Assembly: GCA_015232395.1 (NCBI GenBank)
Contig: JADFZT010000018.1
Location: 4,172-68,171 of the forward strand
Direction: 5' to 3'
Source of the DNA: Magnetococcales bacterium
GTDB taxonomy: Bacteria > Pseudomonadota > Magnetococcia > Magnetococcales > JADFZT01
Length of the DNA: 64,000 nucleotides
Below are positions 60,289 to 64,000 of this stretch, in pieces. The notes beneath the pieces are model-generated. The model searched no databases. It saw nothing but the letters and a program-made list of their open reading frames with translations, and was not told where the DNA came from. The translations under genes were made by a program, and so were the position numbers. Within the stretch, counting starts at the first letter, position 1; each line of letters starts with the position of its first letter.

Positions 60289-61416
60289 TTATTTGCGTTT
60301 TCGATCCAACAGACCTTTAATTCCCAGCCCACTCTTGCCACTGGCAGGCTTTTTAGCCGCTTTTTTGGTGGCTGCGGCCGGGGCTTTTCCGCTGGCCGGT
60401 TTGGTGGTTGCAGTGGCTTTTTTGGCAGCCGGTTTTTTGGAGCCGAGGAGATTATTAAGCCACGCCCCTTTTTTGGCCGCTTTTTTCCCCGACTTGCCCT
60501 CAGCCTTATATTTGGACTTGCTGGGATCATCCCGATTGGAGCGAAATTTGAGATTGTGCCCCATATCCATAGGGCCCATGTCCCGAGCCTTCTGGGAAAG
60601 ATATTTTTGTTGTAGACGGGTCACCGACTGACCGATGATGGATTCGATCCGGCGATTTTGCAGGTCAAACTGCACGCAGCAGACGGTATCCTTCAAGCGA
60701 CACTGACGCTGGGCGGCGATTTTGGGATTGACCGGATAGTGGCGCCGCACGAAGGCATCTACCTGAACTTCATCTTCACCGGGAATTCCCAGAGTCAGTT
60801 GCAGAGTCATCCCCAAGGGAAAATCCTTGTCATTGATTTCATGACAGAAAGCGAGCCCCCCGGCACCGACATCGTAGACCGAAGGTTTGAAAGCTTTGAT
60901 TCCCTGGCCCTTGACCGTCAAGGTGACATTGAGAAAGTGGCGCACCAACACCCGGAAATAGCGCCGTTTTTCAACCAACCGCAGTTTCGTGGGATAGGAG
61001 AGGAGTAACGCTTTATCCCCTCGGATCTGAATGGCTTTTTGAAAGGAAACTTCCCCTTCCACAGCATTGTTGCCTTGAAAAAAGCGAATCATCAGCTCCG
61101 GATCGGCACTATCCATCAGTTCCTGATTACCGGTTTCAGGGGTCAGGCTATCGAGTACCAGGCGATCCCGGCTGGCCAGATAACTGAAAGGTTCATAGGG
61201 CACCGCCTCTTTATAGGTGGTATTGCCCTCCTCGTCGCTCTCCTCCACCAGCTCAGGCAGGTGATCGGTCATGGTGGTGTGGTAAAGCCGAACCCGCTCT
61301 CCCAACTCCACCTCAACCCGCACCCCCTCCTCCAGACAATATCTTAACAGGGTCTCGATTTTTTCCCCGTTGGTGACGATCTCTTCGTGCTCTTTCACCC
61401 GGTCCATGTCGGCCAT
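60289..61416 (-). CDS. YcgR-like PilZ-domain protein with Lys/Ala-rich histone-H1-like C-terminal tail
   Basis: 375 aa from ATG 61414-61416 (GAGGAG SD 7 nt upstream; the ORF-track TTG at 61431 lies inside the SD). PilZ motifs EKRRYFRV (RxxxR) and DVGAGGLAF (D-x-S/G-x-x-G variant). Tail ...KSGKKAAKKGAWLNNLLGSKKPAAKKATATTKPASGKAPAAATKKAAKKPASGK... Confidence 0.75.
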   Translation of the reverse strand: MADMDRVKEHEEIVTNGEKIETLLRYCLEEGVRVEVELGERVRLYHTTMTDHLPELVEESDEEGNTTYKEAVPYEPFSYLASRDRLVLDSLTPETGNQELMDSADPELMIRFFQGNNAVEGEVSFQKAIQIRGDKALLLSYPTKLRLVEKRRYFRVLVRHFLNVTLTVKGQGIKAFKPSVYDVGAGGLAFCHEINDKDFPLGMTLQLTLGIPGEDEVQVDAFVRRHYPVNPKIAAQRQCRLKDTVCCVQFDLQNRRIESIIGQSVTRLQQKYLSQKARDMGPMDMGHNLKFRSNRDDPSKSKYKAEGKSGKKAAKKGAWLNNLLGSKKPAAKKATATTKPASGKAPAAATKKAAKKPASGKSGLGIKGLLDRKRK

Positions 61417-61466
61417 CACCCTACTCCTCAAACTCCAATGGGAAGTGAAACTTTCCCCATGTCTTC

Positions 61467-61495
61467 AAAAAACAGCCGACAGGATTGTCTGTCGG
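61467..61495 (-). terminator. Rho-independent terminator upstream of the PilZ gene
   Basis: CCGACAG (61476-61482) / CTGTCGG (61489-61495), 6-nt loop. On the minus strand it is followed by CTGTTTTTT (A6 at 61467-61472 on the plus strand). Confidence 0.6.
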
Positions 61496-61782
61496 ATCTG
61501 CCGCAGTATCATGGTGACTGAACCGGCATGCACACCTCGCGCCATAACCCCGTCACCTTCGAATACCCTGCCGCGCTCCCACCGAACCATACATTGAGCC
61601 CGGCTTGCAACAAACCGCCTCCCTACAAAAACCAAAATCGGCCAATCACCACAAACCCTTTAGCTTTTTTAACGCTATCCAGCTCAGCAAGAGGCTTTGC
61701 ACCAAAGCCGAACCCGAAGACCACACCTCCTCCAAACCAAAACATAAAACCCCTGCATTTCTTCCTTGATAAGGCGGTTTCA

Positions 61783-62202
61783 TTATTTTTTTGATTGCGC
61801 CCGTTTTTCCATCATTTTTTTCAGGTCGGCGAAAGGATTATGGGTACTCACCTCCGGTTCGTCAGCATCCTCCACCACCGACCCTCTTTGCAAGTGTTCC
61901 ACATAACGGGCATGCTCGTTATCGTGGCAATAAACACACAGATTTTCCCAATTGCTGCCATCGGGGGGATTATTGTCGTGGTTGTGGTCCTTATGATGGA
62001 CCGTAAGCTCCTGAAGATTTTCACGGGTAAATCCCCGACCGCAACGGGCACAAACCCATGGATGAATTTTCAGGGAACGATCCCGATAGCCATCCTGCCG
62101 CACATCCCGCCCCTGGCGCGCCATGGAAACGATCTCTTCCAGCTTGCCAGCCCGGTTTTGGCCGGAACCGGAAACCTTGCGGCTCATTTTGTTTTGAGTC
62201 AT
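61783..62202 (-). CDS. yajD: HNH endonuclease, YajD family
   Basis: 139 aa. YRDRSLKIHPWVCARCGRGFTRENLQELTVHHKDHNHDNNPPDGSNWENLCVYCHDNEH...NPFADLKKMM closely parallels E. coli YajD (recalled). Carries an N-terminal extension of about 25 aa. Confidence 0.88.
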   Translation of the reverse strand: MTQNKMSRKVSGSGQNRAGKLEEIVSMARQGRDVRQDGYRDRSLKIHPWVCARCGRGFTRENLQELTVHHKDHNHDNNPPDGSNWENLCVYCHDNEHARYVEHLQRGSVVEDADEPEVSTHNPFADLKKMMEKRAQSKK

Positions 62203-62669
62203 TGCCTTATCCTCCCCCTGACTGCCAATTTAATACCTTACCCCTGTGGTCATAGTGGTTTGGTCACACCATTGAACCCAAAATCCGACAGTTGGACATG
62301 CACACAATCTGCAGCCTCTTGATCCATCAAGCAAATCGGGAAAAAGCCTCACGACCAGTCAGGTCACTATGATTTTTCCCGATTTACTAGTACGAACCAA
62401 TAGGCGACAGCCGCCGCACACGCCCAACCGCCGAATCCAGGTTGAATCAGAGGCACGAACCCAGTAGCCAAAACGCCATCGGACAACAACATGGTTCAGC
62501 AAGGCTCATACTGGCCAGGAAGAAAAAAAAATTCAACCCTCAACCGGCTCTGAAGCCCTTCTGAGGATGATTCCTCTTCCGCGAAAACGCCATCATTCAG
62601 AAAAAAATTCTCCTTGACAGGAATTATTTTTGAAAAATGTTGTCAATATCCGGTAACAAGGGGAGGATA

Positions 62670-62801
62670 ATGAGACTTCTATACTTTCCCAAGGAGATGG
62701 AAAGGCTGCCTCAGGATAAAATCACCCCAAATAGTGCTATTGGACTCATGAATGACTCGCTTTTGAACCAATCTGTAAGACCGCCTTCGAAAAAACCTTA
62801 A
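62670..62801 (+). CDS. Candidate 43-aa ORF (hypothetical) in the AT-rich gap
   Basis: AGGGGAGGA SD ends 4 nt before the ATG at 62670. MRLLYFPKEMERLPQDKITPNSAIGLMNDSLLNQSVRPPSKKP*. A TTGACA hexamer lies 50 nt upstream. No homology recognised. Confidence 0.3.
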   Translation: MRLLYFPKEMERLPQDKITPNSAIGLMNDSLLNQSVRPPSKKP

Positions 62802-63323
62802 AAGATCCAAGCGCCTCTCACCCAGAAAAAATATTTGTTTTACAGACGCCCCAAGAACCCACAGCTATCATAATAGAGTTATGTAACACGCTGGAATATT
62901 TAACATTTACAAACAAACCCCCGATAAATTATTATTTGTAAACCAGCTTCCCGGGGCTGGCTTGGCATACAGTACGATCAGTTCCGGTTTCACGTTAAGT
63001 ATGCGAGCTCAAACCGCCCCTGGTCGCGGGTGTTAAGTCCGATTCATCTGACTCCATCCATGATAGCGTGGGTCGCCTTCCCAACAAACCGGAGACATCG
63101 TCCCCTTTAGTCATTATGTTTTTTTTGATATAAATCCAATTTGAGCTATTTTAATCACCCAGCAAAGCACCTAAAATAAACAATTTGTTTTGGTACAGGG
63201 CCACCGGATCGTATATTATAACGGCAACCAAATCGTGATACAGAACCATGAGCAGTACCCTGGCACGAGCAGCACCCTGGCCCTTGAGTTAAACTCTTTT
63301 GGATCACAGAGAAAGACTTCGAG

Positions 63324-63995
63324 ATGAACCTAGGCGACCGAATTCAAATAGCCCGGAAAGCAGCCGGGCTTACCCAAAAAGAGCTTGCGGACCGGGTTGG
63401 AATCAGTCAAACCGCTGTCCACAAGCTGGAATGTGGGCGTTCCAAGTCCTCCCGAAAAACCGTCACCATCGCATTAACCTGCGGTGTGGATCCTGTCTGG
63501 CTGGAAACCGGACACGGCGAGATGTCTCTCAGCCCAGCGGGCGTAACACCACAAGATACCGCAACACGCGGTGTTTCCGACAGCGACCGGCCCTATCCCA
63601 CCCGAGGATATCTGGTCACAAGACTCCCCCTTCTCTCCTGGATTGAAGCCAGCTCCCAAGGAGCCCCTCAAGACCAGGTGGGTGACGAAAGAACCTGGGT
63701 CTCCCTGGGTCAGGATGTCAACCAAAAGGCCTTTGCCCTCCAGGTATCCGGAGACTCCATGGCCACCGAATTTACCGATGGCGATATCATCGTCGTGGAT
63801 CCCGATGCCAGAGCCGAAAACAATCACTTCGTTGTCGCCCGCCTCATCGGTGAAGACAAAGCCACCTTCAAACAGCTCATTATCGATGGTGGCCGGCAAT
63901 ATCTGAAACCGCTTAACAGCCGCTACCCCATCATCGAAATAGACAACCGGGCCACCATCTGTGGCGTGGTCGTCTGCAAATACAAAGAATACTGA
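63324..63995 (+). CDS. cI/LexA-type repressor: N-terminal XRE HTH + C-terminal S24 peptidase domain
   Basis: 223 aa. HTH IQIARKAAGLTQKELADRVGISQTAVHKLECGRS. S24 autocleavage domain with the Ser nucleophile in VSGDSMATEF and Lys in KATFKQL. A non-conserved linker lies between them. Confidence 0.88.
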   Translation: MNLGDRIQIARKAAGLTQKELADRVGISQTAVHKLECGRSKSSRKTVTIALTCGVDPVWLETGHGEMSLSPAGVTPQDTATRGVSDSDRPYPTRGYLVTRLPLLSWIEASSQGAPQDQVGDERTWVSLGQDVNQKAFALQVSGDSMATEFTDGDIIVVDPDARAENNHFVVARLIGEDKATFKQLIIDGGRQYLKPLNSRYPIIEIDNRATICGVVVCKYKEY

Positions 63996-64000
63996 CCTTC

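Noticed and set aside
62930-63130. Possible tmRNA, tRNA-like or other structured RNA (GGGGCTGGCTTGGCATAC... resembles a tmRNA 5' end; a T8 run at about 63119)
   Set aside because: I could not build an acceptor/T-arm pairing, a T-loop (GTTCRANYC), a 3' CCA context, or a stable hairpin before the T-run. It is left as unexplained sequence inside the AT-rich-gap finding.
63259-63275. Sigma-54 promoter (TGGCAC present at 63261-63266; also TTGGACAT...TTGC in the repeat elements)
   Set aside because: GG-to-GC spacing does not fit the -24/-12 consensus. It is 10 nt at 63261 and 14 nt in the repeats, against the 12 required.

Overview
Bacterial chromosomal window, proteobacterium-like by gene content; I cannot name the species. 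I found no rRNA, CRISPR array or recognisable IS/transposase. About half of the window (3.3-36.3 kb) is one uninterrupted minus-strand block of translation and transcription genes. In transcription order it runs tRNA-Tyr/Gly/Thr, tuf, rpmG, tRNA-Trp, secE, nusG, rplKAJL, rpoBC, rpsLG, fusA, a second tuf, the S10, spc and alpha operons ending in rplQ, a DUF62-type SAM hydrolase, and tRNA-Asn. The left edge holds a TonB-dependent receptor and a truncated response regulator. The right half (36.3-64 kb) is more accessory. It contains: (1) an XRE-cupin regulator divergent from peroxiredoxin, 1Fe superoxide reductase and Fe-SOD; (2) comM/yifB; (3) an ORF-free 0.9-kb gap holding one copy of a short palindromic repeat family; (4) a ubiX-ubiU-ubiV-ubiK-aldehyde dehydrogenase cluster for O2-independent ubiquinone synthesis; (5) thrB (type II), ychF, pth, rplY, prs and a tatD-family gene; (6) a second repeat-bearing gap with a small ORF. 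The most unusual part is at 53.4-61.4 kb: a cluster of methyltransferase, nucleotidyltransferase, GT2, a B12-radical-SAM enzyme and a 673-aa YvcK/CofD-like::GT2 fusion protein. That fusion lies directly downstream of a YcgR-like PilZ protein carrying a histone-H1-like Lys/Ala tail. I could not map this cluster to any named pathway. The window ends with yajD (HNH), a 1.1-kb AT-rich ORF-poor region and a cI/LexA-type (HTH + S24 peptidase) repressor, which may mark the edge of a mobile element. All calls rest on reading the six-frame translations, my own translation of short ORFs, and hand-folded tRNAs and hairpins. No database search was run.
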